A DNA stretch of 64,000 nt from Leucoraja ocellata. Its lineage: Eukaryota. The position numbers and the translations under genes are program-made. The stretch spans positions 1 through 64,000 of the forward strand of contig JAWMAR010000116.1 in the NCBI GenBank assembly GCA_036785375.1, written 5' to 3'. Below the pieces are notes generated by a model, which searched no databases, had not been told where the DNA came from, and worked only from the letters and a program-made list of their open reading frames with translations. Positions 14,011 to 27,246 of this stretch are shown one piece after another. Every line of letters starts with the position of its first letter. Position 1 is the first letter of the stretch.

Positions 14011-14629
14011 TAAGTCTGAGGAAGGGTCTCGACCTGAAATGTCACCCATTCCTTCTCCCAGAGATGCTGCCTGTCCCGCTAAGTTACTCCAGCTTTTTGT
14101 GCCTATCTTAAATTAGTCCTTTAATACTTTTTGCAAACATTCCCGACGCATAATTTTAATTTCAAGTTCTCAATCTTTCCCCTTGCCCCTGAATGAATAA
14201 GCATTGCTAACATTAATATTTCCCTTGACCCTCTCCACGAGGAGGAATGTTCTTCCGCAACATATATTTAGTGCGCGAAGGTCATTGCAGAAAGGTAAAC
14301 ATCATTAACTCTGCAGAACGCAGTCTGGTTTCCTGTCACCAGGGCTCTTTTGACTACCAGTAATTTCCATATGTTGCATTGCTGAAAGTGTTTGGGGGGG
14401 GGGGATACAGTTAGGACCAATTATCCTATCAGCCACAATTTTATTGACTAGCATAGCAGGCTTCAAGGGCCATATCCCATTCCTGTTCCTTATGTATTCA
14501 TATCAACAATTGGAAGGTGATATCAGTTTTTATGACATCACTTTAAGGTGTGTACTGCATCTACGAAAAATCTTCATATGGAAGGAACCTAATTTAAAGT
14601 CTGAGTGAAAAAAAGAAATCTTATCAGGG

Positions 14630-14965
14630 ACTGCGTACAAAATCATGAGAGGAATAGATCGGGTAAATGCACAGTCTCTTGCCCAGAGTAGGAGAATCGA
14701 GAACTGGAGTGTAAGGGGGGGGGAAGATTTTATAGGAACCTGATGGCTAACTTTTTTAAACAAAGGGTGGTGGGTCTGTGGAAAGAGTGCCGGTGGAGGT
14801 AGTTGAGGCAGGTACTATCATTTAGACAGATACATGGATAGGATAAGTTTCGAAGGGCATGGGCCAAACACAGGCAAGTGGGACATGCAGATGGGACATG
14901 ATGGTCGGTGTGGGCAAATTGGACTGAAGGGTCTGTTTCCATGCTGTATGGCTATAATTCTATGC
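14630..14965 (+). mobile_element. CR1 LINE 3' fragment
   Basis: tacaaaatcatgagaggaatagat ... gaagggtctgtttccatgctgtat, matching the other CR1 ends. Confidence 0.75.
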
Positions 14966-15870
14966 CTATATTAAACCTATACCATAAATTGGTGCTTAAG
15001 TAGTTCATACTGCAGGTGGGAGGTTGAAATATAATAGAAAACAGTGTTACAGTCTTAAGCACACATTTCAGCTGGAAGTATGGAATTAGTGTACTATATA
15101 ATTTAATCTTATGGTGATATTCTTACCAGTACAGCAGAGGGCATTCTTTCCATGCTGCAGCAGTGTAGGACAAGCTTAACTTTGCATCCAGCTTGTGTTA
15201 TACCAGAGGTCAATTTATGAAATCTTCTCCCTGGGGACGTGTGGGCAATTCAGATGCACTGCTTCCACGCTTTGCTATCTGCTGACATGGCTGAGTGGGA
15301 GTATTCTCAATCCACTGCTGGAGTGAAACGCCTCAATAGCTCCAAGATTGCTGAAAATTGCTTCCCATTCAAATCTTCCCCAATTTAAATTTGGAAAAGT
15401 TTAAATTAAAAAACTAAATGGCTTAACGCGGGCAATCCTTCTGTTCCACAGCACACGTAATGCTTCATATAATTACAGTATATCAGTTTAATAACATCCA
15501 AGACAAAGCAGCCTGCTTGATTGGCACTCTGCCATTGCCCACAACTCACACTTGCTCCATCACTTGTGCACAGTAGCTACAGTACGCACCATCCATACGA
15601 TTTCCTGCAGTTAATGGCCTAAACCAACAAAAGCTCCTAAAGCCCTAACTACCCCGGCACCAGGGTGAAGAGCTTCCAGTCTTAAATTGAACCATATTCA
15701 TATTATTTTGTCTCTAAGTTTAACTCCTGCAAATCCCTGCCTGTCGCCATTTTCAGAACACTTCCTCCAAAAGCATAATAGCGCTTAGCTCATCTCCACC
15801 TTCTCAAGGCCAATTGGGGATAGGCAATAAATGCTTGTCTGGCCAGAGATGCACACGTCTGGTAAAATGA

Positions 15871-16245
15871 ATAAGGGTCCTGACCTGAAACGTTACCTAT
15901 CCCAGTCTGAATAAAAGTCCTGATCTGAAATGTCACTTATCCATGTTCTCTCCAGGATTGCTGCCTGACCCGCTGAGTTACTTTGGTATTTTGTGTAAAT
16001 TAGAGAAATTACCCAGCGGTATGAACATTGACTTCTCCAATTTCAGATGGTCCTTGCTTTCTACTTCCTTCCCCTCCCCTTCCCAGCTCTCCCACAACCT
16101 ACTGTCTCCGCCTCTTTCTTTCTTTTTCCTGTCACCCTCCCCCCTGACATCAGTCTGAAGAAGGGTCTCGACCCGAAACATCGCCTATTCCTTCTCTCCA
16201 TAGATGATGCCTCACCTGCTTCATTCCCCCAGCATTTTTGTCTAC
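15871..16245 (+). mobile_element. Penelope-like 3' fragments with tandem degenerate hammerhead motifs
   Basis: Two adjacent gtcctga..tgaaa.gt.ac units at 15871-15940; GIY-YIG C-terminus PSGMNIDFSNFR followed by CTGAAGA-stem-GAAAC near 16155. Confidence 0.75.
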
Positions 16246-16274
16246 GTTGGATTTTTCTGTAACGTTTTTTTAAG

Positions 16275-16563
16275 TTCAGTCTAGAAATACTGTATGGAAA
16301 CAGGACCTTCAGGCCACTGGGTCCATGCCAACGACCAATTGGTTCTATCCAACACTAGGGACAATTTACAATTTACAGAAGGCAATTAACCTACAAACCT
16401 CGACGTCTTTGGGATGTGGGAGGAAACCGGAGCAACCGAAGACAACCCATGTGGTCACAGGGAGAAAATACCAATTACATACAGAGAACACCCATAGTTA
16501 GAATTGAATCTGTGTGCCTGGCGCTGTAAGGCAGCAAATCTACCGCTGCGCCACTGTGCCGCC
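16275..16563 (-). mobile_element. HE1-type V-SINE
   Basis: tRNA head ends cgctgcgccactgtgccgccc on +; V-domain present. Confidence 0.85.
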
Positions 16564-16670
16564 CATAATGGTTGAATGGTTCACATTGCCAAGGAATGGC
16601 CAAACTAAACATTACTATTATTGTTACACTGATGTGATATATTTCAGCTAAACCCAGATTCCAGGAGAGA

Positions 16671-16975
16671 GCCATAGAGTCAAACAGCATGGAAACAGGC
16701 CCTTCGACCCAATTTACCCACACAGACCAACGTGTCCCATCTACACTAGTCCCACTTGCCTGTGTTTGGCCCATAACTCTCTAAACCTGTCATATCCATG
16801 TACCTGACTAGTTGTTTCTTAAACATTGCAATTGTCCCTGCCTCAGTTACTTGCTCGCAGCTCATTCCATACACCCACCACTCTTTGTGTGAAAAGGTTA
16901 CCCCTCAGATTCCTATTAAATCTTTCCCCCTTCACCTTAAGCCTATGCCCTCTGGTTCTCGATTCCTCTACTCTG
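16671..16975 (-). mobile_element. CR1 LINE 3' fragment
   Basis: CR1 3' UTR and ORF2 end in reverse orientation. Confidence 0.8.
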
Positions 16976-17684
16976 CACAGGGATTTAAATTTGACTGCTG
17001 ACAGTGGTGAATGTTAAACAGATGCATATTATACACATAAGTGCAAATGCATTCATCCTTAATATACTTAATGACAATGGAGTGGGAGAAGGGAGCGCTG
17101 TACTCCTGTTGACTGCACTTTACATGTGCCAATTCCCAAATTGATTAAAGAACGCACATTGCTTAGTACTGCTGATGTAGAAAATAATATATTTATGTTC
17201 ACTGCCATCCGCTTCCTTTGACTGAGGCCTTGTACAGAATTACTGTGCTCAGTGCATTACTAATACAAGGATGGGTGCACACAATTATTACAGATAGATT
17301 ATTGGCGATGGAATGCTTAGCAGGCGTTTGCTGAAGGTAAGTGAATCACTGCATCAAGGCAGGAATTAAATAAAGTCCTAGCATCATTAGGTCGATGTGA
17401 TGGCTGAAGATCCACAGGGATGCTCAATTGTCCAGATCGCTTTTAGATTGTCTCTCATCAATACTGATAATACTGGCGAATGATGGCTCCCGTTGGCTGC
17501 TTCTCAGCGGTGGTGATCTGGCCTCTGTGTCAGAACGTTTTGTATTCAAGACCCTTCCAGAGAACTGTTCTCCACGTGGACGCATCACTGGAGCGTTGAT
17601 GAGGTCAGTAGTTTAAGAAAATCTGCCTTTCAAATTAACTCTCCCTCAACCCAATAAAACATTCTTCTGATTGTCATCTATGCT

Positions 17685-18310
17685 GGGCGGCACAGTAACA
17701 CAGCGTGTAGAACTGCAACCTCACAGTGCCAGGCATCTGGGTTTGATCCTGACCTTCATAAGTTCATAAGTCATAGGAGCAGAATTAGGCCATTCAGCCC
17801 ATCAAGTCTACTCCACTATTCAATCATGGCAGATCTATCTTTCCCTCTCAACCACATTCTCGCCTTCTTCCCATAACCCCTGGCACACTTACTAATCAAG
17901 AATCTTTATAAATACCCAATGACTTGGCTTCCACAGCCATCTGTGGCAATGAATTCCACAGATTCACTACCCTCTGACTATAGAAATTTGTCCTCATCTC
18001 CTTTCTAAAGATATGTCCTTTTCCTCTGAGACTATGCCTTATGACCCTAGACTCTCCCACTTGTGGAAACATCCTCTCAGCATCCACTATCCAGGCCTTT
18101 GGGTGCTGTCTGTGTGAAGTTTGCACGTTCTTCCTGGGTCCACGTGGGATTGCAACCAGCTGTCTCTCACATCCCAAAGATGTGCATGTTTGTGGGTTCA
18201 TTGGTCTCTGCACCATTGCTCCCTGGTGTGCAGGAAGTGAATTGGTAATTGATGGTTGGTGTGACTTGGTGGGCCAAGTGCCCTGTTTCCATGCTGTATC
18301 TTTAAATTAA
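17685..18310 (+). mobile_element. HE1-type V-SINE split by a - strand CR1 3' fragment (about 17756-18097)
   Basis: SINE head at 17685-17755 resumes at gggtgctgtctgtg (18101); the insert encodes NFYSQRVVNLWNSLP on -. Confidence 0.8.
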
Positions 18311-19282
18311 ATAATATTGCTGGTTGTGGGAACACTCCATTTCCCAACACTATATTTAATGTGCAATTAACTGTATTGTGCAATTAATGTTTCTGTCTGT
18401 TTTCTGGACAGACATTGACTTGCAAGTACAGTTCTCACCAAAGAGGCTTCCTCCGAGTCCAGAGAGATAATTTAGCTTGTAACGAGCACACATTATATGT
18501 TAGACTAAGCTGAAAGGTCACCAGGGTGTATTTAGGGAGAGCTCTGGAGAAAAAATGAAGCAATCCAGAAGGAGCAAGGCAAATTAGACCCTGGTGAAGG
18601 AAGGTATGCAACGTGGTCTGACTTTACTTCAATTAGCAGAACGTCATAAAGGCCAGGTGAACCCTAATTACCTGGGTTTTAATTTTCCAATTCCTGGCTT
18701 GCACTTTGTTCAGCACAAAGTGCCATATAATATCTGATCACAATTCTGGATTTCTTCAAAGCTAAGTACTTCCACTGCCAGGTCTGTGATTGTTTCCTGA
18801 AATGCACTGTGATTACCCTTTCAATGTACACAATTAGCTGCAAGAAGCTTTTCTGACATCCTGAGATTGTGAAAGATGAGCATAAACGAAATACCTTTTT
18901 AATGGGTGAATGATAAACTCACCTGTAGCCATCTTTCTTACTGTTACTGAACCGTTTCTATCTGTGAATATGTTGCATACCACCATACAAAGATCTGTTC
19001 CAGGCGATTCCAAAATTATTGACTCTAACAAATATAAGGGACTAAGGAAGATCCACCTCAAACTTCTTGGCCTCAAAAATGTATCATCAAGCTTTTTCTG
19101 CCCCATGATAACAAGTAACGCATAATCAGTTCTGGATTTTGCAGGGACCCAACCTCTGTATATTGGGGTTAAGTAAGGCTGTGCTCCTGCACCTACCACC
19201 CTTCTGAATCTTTTTCACTGCAAGGTTACACCTCGTTTTCAGTGAGCTCCCTGTCACGAGAGACTAATATACATAATAAAAG

Positions 19283-19872
19283 AGAAAGTTACTTTTTCGA
19301 CCCGCCTGGAAAGCCCGTTTTGCCTGCTGCGGACCGGGGGCCCGCCCAGAAGAGGCGAGAGTTGGCGAAGGTGGTCGAGAGGTGCAAGGCTGATCATCTC
19401 TTCACGGCAGAAGGCCTGGCTCACCTGCCCGTAGAGGAGGAAGTCGGATGGAGGGCCACTCAGCAGACCGGCTGTGGGAGCCAGTGCAGTGCCACGACGG
19501 TGGAGTGGGCCGCTGGACATCCTGCAACAGCCAGGGGCTTGGCTGGACGAGGCCTAGCTCGTGGGCCGGACGTGGCCTGCAGTGGTGGAGGGCACCATGG
19601 CTACGCTTGGCCAGGCCGACTCTACAATGCTGACAAGACAACAGGCCTTCATGGACAGGCCAAGAACCTTGCACATACAACTGGGACTTGAAAATGGCCC
19701 CAAAACTGGCAACTCTGTACACTGTCTCAGCGTACAGTGATACACTTGTAGTGTATCAGAGATGCTTATCTAAGAGGCATCTAAGTGTTCATGTACAGTG
19801 ATACTTGTACTGAACTGTATACAAAAAAAATCACTGTACATGTGACAATAAAGTACCATTAAACCATTGAAC
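19283..19872 (+). mobile_element. GC-rich non-autonomous element with Rex1-like 3' tail
   Basis: GC-rich body; ends cactgtacatgtgacaataaa-gtaccatt-aaaccattgaacca. Confidence 0.5.
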
Positions 19873-20496
19873 CAAGATCATAACAATTTTATTCCTCAGG
19901 TTGTAGCATGCAAGTGTCACTTATATTTGTTCATAATTGGAGGCCAAGTTCCAAACCATTGCTGATTCCTTCACCAAAGCTTGCGAGAGGATAGGCTTTA
20001 CAATCAACATTCAATAGATAAAGGTTTGACCAATCTGACTCCATGGCACGAGGCCACTCCACAATATTGATGATTCATGACGCGATCCTGATTAATTGGG
20101 ACAAGTTCGCAGATTTTGGAATTTGTCCTTCTTATGTCATGGGGGACAACCACTGTTGACAAAACCCACTACAGGAATTGTTATCCATTGCCTGAGGAAA
20201 AGAGTATTTGAAGATTTTTGTCTAGTCTTATATTCTATTCCATATATATAATGTTCTGTACCATGGGTGCCGGAATAAGGACAGATAGGTCACTGGAAAT
20301 GAAAGCTGGAAGATCCATGCATTTGCCTTGATTATTATAACCTCTATCCCAATGTCAACCAGAAGAATTACAGCAAGATGATCATCAGAGGGCACCATTG
20401 AGTTGGCACAACTATTGCAATTTTGACCCTGGGGAAATTCAGCGCTGGAGAAAGCTTGATAAAAACCTGAAGGAAAAAAATAGTATGTAGATAGTA

Positions 20497-20728
20497 TAGA
20501 AACATAGAAAATAGGTGCAGGAGTAGGCCATTCTGCCCTTCGAGCCTGCACCGCCATTCAATATGATCATGGCTGATCATCCAACTCAGTATCCTGTACC
20601 TGCCTTCTCTCCATACCCCCTGATCCCTTTAGCCACAAGGGCCACATCTAACTCCCTCTTAAATATAGCCAATGAACTGGCCTCAACTACCTTCTGTGGC
20701 AGAGAATTCCAGAGATTCAGCACTCTCT
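20497..20728 (-). mobile_element. CR1 3' end, same subfamily as 10275-12337
   Basis: Near-identical to 10275-10510; QRVLNLWNSLPQKVVEASSLAIFKRELD. Confidence 0.9.
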
Positions 20729-21676
20729 GGTGGTAGAGGTAGAGAACTGTGCAATGGGAGCAAGCTATATCAAAGAACTGGCTCAGACATTGGGTGAGAA
20801 AGACCTTGTTCCATGTAACATTAAACTCTGCTGCTTTGATTCTACTAACCTGTCTTTGTTGTTCTTGCGTCATGCCATCTCAACAGCAATTTATTTTAAA
20901 TGTTTTTAATTCTAGGTAGTATCCTTGAATTGGATAAGTTGATTAAGCTTTTCAGAGGGTAGTTAAGAACTAACCGTGAAGACACACTGTTGTCAACCAT
21001 TATGTTAACTCCCCTCCCCATTCCCACACTGATCTTTCCATCCTTGGTCTCCTCCATTGCCAGAGTGAGGCCATGCGCATACTGGAAATTCAGTCCTTAT
21101 AATTGTTTTTAGGCAAAGAAATGTGTTATGGGAGCTTGCAATGGCGCTTTCCTTTGGATTAGGAGGGGCTTTGCAATGATTTGTAGAAATCTTCATGTTG
21201 CAAGAATTTGACCTGAAGGTAAAATCAGTAAAAAGAAAAACCTTCAAGCTGCCATGTTTCTTGAATTATGGGTTGAAATTACATTGTGTGTTATTAATAG
21301 TGAATGGGATGTATGCGCTAAATCGCCATTATTAAATAAAGGTCTTGGCCTTTTCCATTCAAATTCTGATTAACGTTGCCGTAAAAATAATGGACAGAAT
21401 TTCCTTCAGCATATTTACTAATACATTAGGATTAACACAGCTTTTTGCTAATGTTGCACTCCGAGACTTCAGAGGTTATCTTCTAATCTCATACTCTAAA
21501 TCAGCAATGCTAAGCAAAATACAGACCTTCTAACAAGCCCACAATCTTGCTATTTAGCAAAGTATGCAGCAAACTGTCACCTTGATCCCCCTTGGATGCA
21601 GCTTTATTGATTTCTCAGGCACTATTTTGAAAATCTGATGTGCAAAGAGTTTCCTGGCGTCTTCTTTGGCAAGAGT

Positions 21677-22230
21677 TTTAGAGTTTAGAGATACTGCATG
21701 AAAACAGGGCCTTCAGCCACCAAATCCATGCTGACTCATTTACACTAGTTCTATGCTATCTAATTTTCTCATCCACTCCCCACGTATGTGGGGCAATTTA
21801 CAGAGGCTAGTTAACCCACAAATCCGCACGTCTTTGAGATTTGGGAGTAAACCCAGAGCACCCGGAGGAAACCCATGCGGTCATAGGGAGAACATGCAAA
21901 CTCCACACATACATAATCGGAGGTCAAGATCAAACCCGTGTCTCTGGCGCCGTGAGGCGGCAGTTCTACCAACTGTGCTGATCTGACATGAGGTCTTTGA
22001 TCTGAAGCATTTATTCTTTCCACAGACATTCCCCGACTTATTGAGCATTCATAGCATTTCTTGTCTTTATTTCAGATTTCCAGCACCTGCAGTTGTTTCT
22101 TCATGTTTTCACAGGGAACACATCACAGGGAGAATGTGGAAATTGCACACAACCAGCAGCCGAGGTCAGGATCGGACTCAGGTCTCTGGTTGCTGTGAGG
22201 CAGCAGCTCTACCTGCTGTGCCACTGTGCC
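21677..22230 (-). mobile_element. Two HE1-type SINE copies or fragments
   Basis: SINE tail and V-domain at 21677-21978; head fragment at 22123-22230. Confidence 0.75.
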
Positions 22231-22237
22231 TCCCACT

Positions 22238-22670
22238 GGTTGGGGTACCACGCAGCTATACAAGACATCGGTGAGGCCGCACTTCGAGTATTATGTTCAG
22301 TTTTAGTCATACTGTGACAGGAAAGATGCCATTAAGCTGGAAAAAGGGCAGAGGAGATTTACAGAGAATGTTGCCAGGGCTTGAGGGCCTAGCTATAGGG
22401 GAAGGCTGGGCAGGCTAGGACTTTATTCCTTGGTGTGGGCTAGGACTTTATTCCTTCGAGGAGTGATCTTATACAGGCATGTAAAATCGAGGGGAATAGA
22501 AAGGTTGAATACAAAGTCTTTTTCTGAGGGTGGGGGGAATCAAGAAGCTGAGAACATAGGTTTAAGGTCAGAGGGGAAAAATGTATAAAGAACCTAAACA
22601 ACAACTTTTTCACACAGAGGGTAGTAGGTATATGAACCGAACGGCCAGAGGAAGTAATTGAAGTAGGCAT
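22238..22670 (+). mobile_element. CR1 LINE fragment
   Basis: gtgaggccgcacttcgagtattatgttcagtttt (degenerate RPHLEYCVQF) running to NNFFTQRVV. Confidence 0.75.
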
Positions 22671-23412
22671 GTTAGTGTTAGATAGTGTTAGTGGTTGGGA
22701 ATTGGCCTGTTTACGCGCTGTATCTCTAAACTAAATAAAACTAAGCCAGTTGGAGATTAGGATTGTTTTGAGAGTTGGCATTGCCTGAATAGACCAAATG
22801 TCCTCCTAAGTCGTAAGAAAATATGAGAATTACTAATTGTGATAACATGTCTTATACTTGGACTACTAACTGGGTTAAGAAGTTCATTTTTAATCTGATA
22901 GTGATTTATTATTGACTATCTTATATTTATAGGCCTGATACCTGGACCACCTGACAAGCTGAAATATTTCCCCTTCATCTGGGTATGATGAGTGCAATTT
23001 CTTTAAGAGTGATTGTTGTTTTGCAACAAGTTTGTGACAAGGTTCTGCAGCAGTGGATTTATTATGAGTTTTATCATGAGCTCAACAAAGCAAGACAGTT
23101 TTTTCAGCAGAAGTTTTATGGCATTATGGCATCAGCTTGGCTCTCGTTTCCAAGTCGAGATATATCACTCGCTCAAACTCTTCTCCTGTAATCGCAAGGG
23201 AAAGTGTTGTCATTCACTGTAGATGTGGAACGATTCCCAGGAAATTTCTTGATGCAAGACAGGAGTTTTTTCCGGCGTGCCATTCAAGTCTCCTCCGTCT
23301 GAAAAGAAGGATGCTGACACCAAAACATCCCCTATGGCTGCTGCTTGACACTTTGTGTTTTGCTCAGGATCCCATTGCCAACAGTTCCTTGTGCCTTCAA
23401 GATGCAGTGTAA

Positions 23413-23725
23413 CGACAGTGCAGCAGCAGAGTTGCTGCATTACTGCGCCAGAGACCCGGGTTCTATCCCGACTACGGATGCTCATCTGCACAGGGTTTGA
23501 ACGTGCTCCCCATGACCTGCGTGGGTTTTCTCCAAGAAGTTCCGGTTTCTTCCAACACTCCAAAGTCAGACAGGTTTGTAGGCTAATTAGCTTGGTATAA
23601 ATGCAAATTGTCCCTAGAGTGTACAGCATAGTGTTAGTGTGCGGGGGTTGCTGGTCAGCGCGGACTCTGGGGCAAAGGGCCTGTTTCCGCGCTGTATCTC
23701 AACACTAAACTAAACGAAACTGAAC
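23413..23725 (+). mobile_element. HE1-type V-SINE
   Basis: Head, V-domain and (taaac)n tail. Confidence 0.85.
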
Positions 23726-25432
23726 CTCCTTTGGCAATCTGACCAAAATCAGAATAACTAGTCAACTATCTCACTGTGGTCCCTGGAATCTGAACATATC
23801 AGAATCAGAATAAATGGTGAGAAACCAGGAACCATTGAGGAGCAAGGTTGTTTGGGCATCCATGTATGTAACAGCACAATCAAGATCTACATTTTCCACA
23901 CAAAAGGCATGGGGAAATAAGGGCCAGGCTGCTAGCCAACTACCAAAGAGAAAACCTTTGCCGAGTACAACTCCTTTAAACGTTGCTCCTCTCACCTCAC
24001 GCTAGGTCAACTTATACTGTGATGTTTGAGAAGATTGTGATATTAACATAGAAAAGTACAGCACAGGAACAGGCCCTTGGTCCTGGAATATTTGCATCAA
24101 ATATGATTCCAAGTTAAACTAATCTCCGAAGACAGACACAAAAAGCTGGAGTAACTCAGCAGGTCAGGCAGCATCCCTGTAGAAAAGAAATAGGTGACGT
24201 TTTGGGTCGAAACCCACTGATTTACTCCATCTTATTGTGTCTGTTTCCAGTTTAAACCAGCATCTGCAGATCCTTCCTACACATTTAAACTAATCTCATC
24301 TGCCTGCACGTGATCCATATCCCTTCTTTCCCTGCATATACATGTGCCTAACTAAAAGTCTTTTAAATGCGACTATCATATCTGCCTCCACCACCAACAC
24401 TTAGAAGCACGTTCCACCACACTCTGTGTAAAAGAACTTGCCGAGCACAACTCCTTTAAACGTTGCCCCTCTCACCTTTAAGCTGTGGCCTCTAGTCTCT
24501 GACACTTCCAGGTACTTTGGTATTGAGTGATAAGGCAAGTTAATAGAATTGTGATGTGGCTCAGGCATGATGTGTTTTTGGCCTGTGTGCTAATGGGATG
24601 GCCATGGCTCTGGTTTGCGTGGGAATGAATCCTCCGTGTCAATGGGGCAGCCGTAGACCTTGACTTGAGTTTTTGCGATTCAATTACCACTTTCTGAGTG
24701 AGAAAGTGAGTTGTACAGCACTAAAAAAGACTTCTGGGACGTGAAATTCTCCCTCAGTTAAAGGAGAATTAATGGGAAAGCTATACATCTTCAACTTTGC
24801 AACAATGAGGCCTTATCCCATAAATATTCACACCAGGGCCAACTGTGCACTCCAGGGGTAGAATAAAAGATCTTCAAATATTTGCTACACCGAACTGTAG
24901 AGCACAGAAATGGGCCCTTCCGGCTCATCTTGTCCATACCGATCATGATGCCTCTCTTCACCAATCCCTCTTGCCTGCCTCAGGCTCATATCCCTCTATG
25001 CCTTTCCTGTCTGTATCTGTTCACGTGCATTTTAAACACTGCAGACGTATCTGCCTTTACTACCTCCTGCAGCAGCTCATCCCAGATAGCCACCCACTCT
25101 GTGTGTGAAAAACCTACTCCTCAGACTGCTTTAAATTTTGTCCTTCTCATCTTAAACCTGTGCCCTCTAGTTCTAGACACTACTGCCCTAGAAAAAAGAA
25201 TTTAACTATCCTATCTGTACCGTTCATAATTTGCTACGCCTTTACAAGATCATTCCTCAACTTCCTAGGTTCCAGTGAAAGGAACCTCAGCCTATTTAAT
25301 CTCTCCTTACAACTGCAGTTCTTCATTCCCGATGACATCCCAATGAATCTCCTCTACATTGCCTCCATTGCCACACCTCCTCCCTGCCCTGTAATGAGCA
25401 AAATACTTCAAACACAATCCAAACAATCTTTT

Positions 25433-25523
25433 GAAGACGGGTTTCGGCCCGAAACGTCGCCTATTTCCTTCGCTCCATAGATGCTGCTGCACCCGCTGAG
25501 TTTCTCCAGCAATTTTGTGTACC
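25433..25523 (+). mobile_element. 91-bp Penelope-derived mini-insertion
   Basis: Flanked by the perfect 15-bp TSD TCCAAACAATCTTTT (25418-25432 and 25524-25538). Confidence 0.85.
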
Positions 25524-26365
25524 TCCAAACAATCTTTTCCCGTTTTCCCTCCCCTGCTACGATCAGTCTGAAGAGGAACCCTAGCCCAAAACATCACCCA
25601 TCCAAAACATCACACATCACCCATCCATTCCCTCCACAGATGCTGCCTGACCTAGCGAGTTATCTCGTGTTTAGGATAATTTGTACAATGTTTTGTACAA
25701 CTGCAACATGACGTCCAGACTTCTATCCTTGATGCCTATGAAGGCTTTTACCACAGCTATAGTACCTGCAACAATCTCAGTGGTTCATCGCCATTTGTAA
25801 TATATATACTGTAAATGCCTTCATAGGCTAGGGTAATAAGAATAGTCGAGAAAATATCCATCCACCACTAACCCTTGCCTCCAATACTAAGCCAATGTTG
25901 GCTCCAGTTAAGTAATGCAGGGTGCAGGAAGGAACTGCAGATGCTGGTTTACACCGAAGATGGACATAACATGCTGGAGTAACTCAGCGGGACAGACAGT
26001 ATCTCTGGAGAGAAGAAATGAGTGACGTTTCTTCAGTTTGTTGTAACCAATTCCTTCTCTCCCAAATAATGCAGAGGCTCTTTAGCAAGGATTAAAATAA
26101 ACAACTGAAGCTTCACACCCGTTTTGGAATGGTTTGAATGATTTTATGATCCATTTTTAAATGTAGTTATTGCTTTACTGGAAGGAAAGATGATTGTTGA
26201 AGGCAATTGTCAGTAGCCAATGCTTTTTTTTCATTATCTGGATCCTTGGGAATAGCACATTTGAAAAGCACTTATTTTCTACTTTTCATTCGTGAGTTAT
26301 CAATCAAAACAAAATCAGCTCAAGCACTTATTACATCATAGGAAGGGAAGGTATTACCAGTAGGT

Positions 26366-27246
26366 GCAGCAGCATCTATGGAGCGAAGGAAATAGGCGAC
26401 GTTTCGGGCCGAAACCCTTCTTCAGACTGATGGGGGGTGGGGGGGAGAAGGAAGGAAAAAGGGAGGAGGAGGAGCCTGAGGGCGGGGGGATGGGAGGAGA
26501 CAGCTCGAGGGTTAAGGAAGGGGAGGAGACAGCAAGGGCGAGCAAAATTGGGAGAATTCAACATTCATGCCATCCGGACGCAAGCAACCCAGGCGGAATA
26601 TGAGGTGCTATTCCTCCAATGTCCGGTGCTGCTCACTCTGGCAATGGAGGAGACCCAGGACAGAGAGGTCGGACCGATGTAAATCAGCTGACATCTAGAG
26701 CAGCGGATGCAGTAGATGAAGTTGGAGGAGATACACCTGTATCTAGATGTCAGCTGATTTACATCGGGGAGACTAAGCGGAGGTTGGGTGATCGTTTCGC
26801 CGAACACCTCTGCTCAGTCCGCAATAACCTACCTGAACTCCCGGTGGCTCAGCACTTCAACTCCCCCTCCCATTCCCAATCCGACCTCTCTGTCCTGGGT
26901 CTCCTCCATTGCCAGAGTGAGCAACACCGGAAACTGGAGGAACAGCACCTTATATTCCGCCTGGGTTGCTTGCGTCCGGATGGCATGAACGTTGAATTCT
27001 CCCAGTTTTGCTAGCCCTTGCTGTCTCCTCCCCTTCCTTAACCCTCGAGCTGTCTCCTCCCATCCCCCCGCCCTTGGGCTCCTCCTCCTCCCTTTTTCCT
27101 TCCTTCTCCCCCCCACCCCCATCAGACGTTTTGGCCCGAAACGTCGCCTATTTCCTTTGCTCCATAGATGCTGCTGCACCCGCTGAGTTTCTCCAGCATT
27201 TTTGTGTACCTTCGATCTTCCAGCATCTGCAGTTCCTTCTTGAACA
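26366..27246. mobile_element. Penelope-like element with inverted arms (GIY-YIG C-terminus plus 3' region in both orientations)
   Basis: ORF 26619-27014 has C..IYIGETKRRLGDRFAEH...VAQHFN...LEEQHLIFRLG.L.P.GMN; the left arm is the reverse complement of the right; 15-bp TSD GTATTACCAGTAGGT at 26351-26365 and 27247-27261. Confidence 0.9.
26398..26425 (-). ncRNA. Minimal hammerhead ribozyme core (Penelope type), intact catalytic motifs
   Basis: - strand CUGAAGA-A-GGGUU-UC-GGCCC-GAAAC-GUC; palindromic ACGU helix III; helix I weak. Confidence 0.6.

Noticed and set aside
18834-19199. 121-aa - strand ORF in unique sequence with a donor-like CAG|GTGAGT near 18922
   Set aside because: Non-ATG start, no recognisable motif and no partner exons; cannot be supported.
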